Origin: a virus
Taxonomy: Duplodnaviria; Heunggongvirae; Uroviricota; Caudoviricetes
Reading direction: 5' to 3' (one strand)
IMG/VR virus record: IMGVR_UViG_2671180892_000012
Location: 1 to 25,466 of that record
DNA length: 25,466 nucleotides
The notes under the pieces were generated by a model. That model did not search any database and had not been told where the DNA came from. It saw only the letters and a list, made by a program, of their open reading frames with translations. The translations under genes were made by a program, and so were the position numbers. Shown here piece after piece: positions 24,471-25,466 of the stretch; position 1 is the stretch's first letter, and the number at the start of each line of letters is the position of its first letter.

Positions 24471-25466
24471 ATGTCTATTAAAAAGCTCGATGATGGTCGT
24501 TATGAAGTGGACGTCAGACCGCAGGGTGCAGATGGAAAACGTATCAGGCGGAAATTTAAAACTAAAGGTGAAGCTCAGGCATTCGAACGTCATGTACTGG
24601 TTAACTACCACAACAAAGAGTGGTTGGAGAAACCAGCCGACCGCCGAACTCTTACAGAGTTGTTAGGTAGATGGTGGATATATCACGGAAAATCACATGA
24701 GCGTGGAGATATTGAACGGGGGCGTTTAACGACAATAATCGCCAAATTTGCAGAAATGGGAGTGTCCAGAGCTGACCAGCTAACAAAGAAAACGATAACT
24801 GATTATCGCGTTGTAATGATGAACGATGGTCTAAAACCAGCCAGCGTAAATCGACATCTGGCAATAATGAGCGGGATGTTCACCAAGTTAATTGACGCCG
24901 GTGAATACCACTCCCACAACCCGTTCCGTGAGATTAAACGGTTACGTGAAGCTGTTACGGAAATGGCTTTTTTGTCCAGTGAAGAGATTACGCGGCTGTT
25001 ATCCATGCTTGATGGTGATGAATTAAATGCAACTCTGGTCTGCCTTTCTACTGGTGGACGCTGGAGTGAAGTGTCTAATTTAAAAGCTGAACACATCATT
25101 AACCAGATGGTTACGTTTATGAAAACTAAAAACGGAAAACGCAGGACAATTCCCGTTTCGCAGGACCTGATTAAACGGATCAAGACCAAAAATTCAGGCA
25201 GGCTTTTTAATGCCAGTTACTACAAAGTGCGTAACGCTCTCAGGGAAGTAAAACCCGATTTACCTGACGGACAAGCAGTACATGTTTTGAGGCATACATT
25301 TGCCACACATTTTATAATGAATGGAGGTAACATAATCACATTGCAGCGCATCCTGGGTCATTCTAACATTCAGCAAACTATGACCTACGCACACTTTGCA
25401 CCGGATTTCTTACAAGATGCTGTGACTCTTAACCCGGTGTCAGGAATGTCCATAATGCGTCCATAA
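24471..25466 (+). CDS. int: Tyrosine integrase (P2 Int family), 331 aa
   Basis: N-terminus MSIKKLDDGRYEVDVRPQGADGKRIRRKF resembles P2 Int; catalytic HxxR (HVLRHTFATHF) and Tyr (MTYAHF) motifs; GGAGGG RBS; the stop is the last codon of the window. Confidence 0.9.
   Translation: MSIKKLDDGRYEVDVRPQGADGKRIRRKFKTKGEAQAFERHVLVNYHNKEWLEKPADRRTLTELLGRWWIYHGKSHERGDIERGRLTTIIAKFAEMGVSRADQLTKKTITDYRVVMMNDGLKPASVNRHLAIMSGMFTKLIDAGEYHSHNPFREIKRLREAVTEMAFLSSEEITRLLSMLDGDELNATLVCLSTGGRWSEVSNLKAEHIINQMVTFMKTKNGKRRTIPVSQDLIKRIKTKNSGRLFNASYYKVRNALREVKPDLPDGQAVHVLRHTFATHFIMNGGNIITLQRILGHSNIQQTMTYAHFAPDFLQDAVTLNPVSGMSIMRP

Overview
The window is essentially one complete P2-like (Peduovirus-type) prophage of an enterobacterium, in reverse orientation, running from the ogr stop (nt 1) to the integrase stop (nt 25466). 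Gene order is ogr-D-U-T-E/E'-FII-FI-[cargo]-G-H-I-J-W-V-[cargo]-S-R-lysC/lysB-lysA-K'(truncated)-Q'(truncated)-cos-[two-gene cargo]-A-four small ORFs-B-orf78-cox-C-int. Calls rest on my recognition of P2 protein sequences and motifs; no database search was run. Many protein lengths equal the P2 lengths I remember (Ogr 72, D 387, U 159, T 815, E 91, FII 172, FI 396, G 175, H 669, I 176, J 302, W 115, V 211, S 150, R 155, LysA 141, LysB 141, B 166, C 99). The ORF track allows TTG/GTG starts, so several starts were moved to the ATG that gives the P2-length protein. Three points stand out. (1) An internal deletion joins the 3' part of endolysin gene K to the 3' part of portal gene Q, removing holin, capsid and terminase genes, so the prophage is defective. 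(2) The cos site is still present. (3) The position between cos and gene A, where P2 carries tin/old, holds an AT-rich two-gene operon: a 555-aa P-loop ATPase of the OLD/ABC type with no Toprim domain, and a 333-aa partner I cannot place in a family. This is the best candidate for an undescribed anti-phage system. Two further AT-rich single-gene cargo loci encoding predicted membrane proteins sit at the P2 Z/fun and orf30 positions on the strand opposite the late genes.
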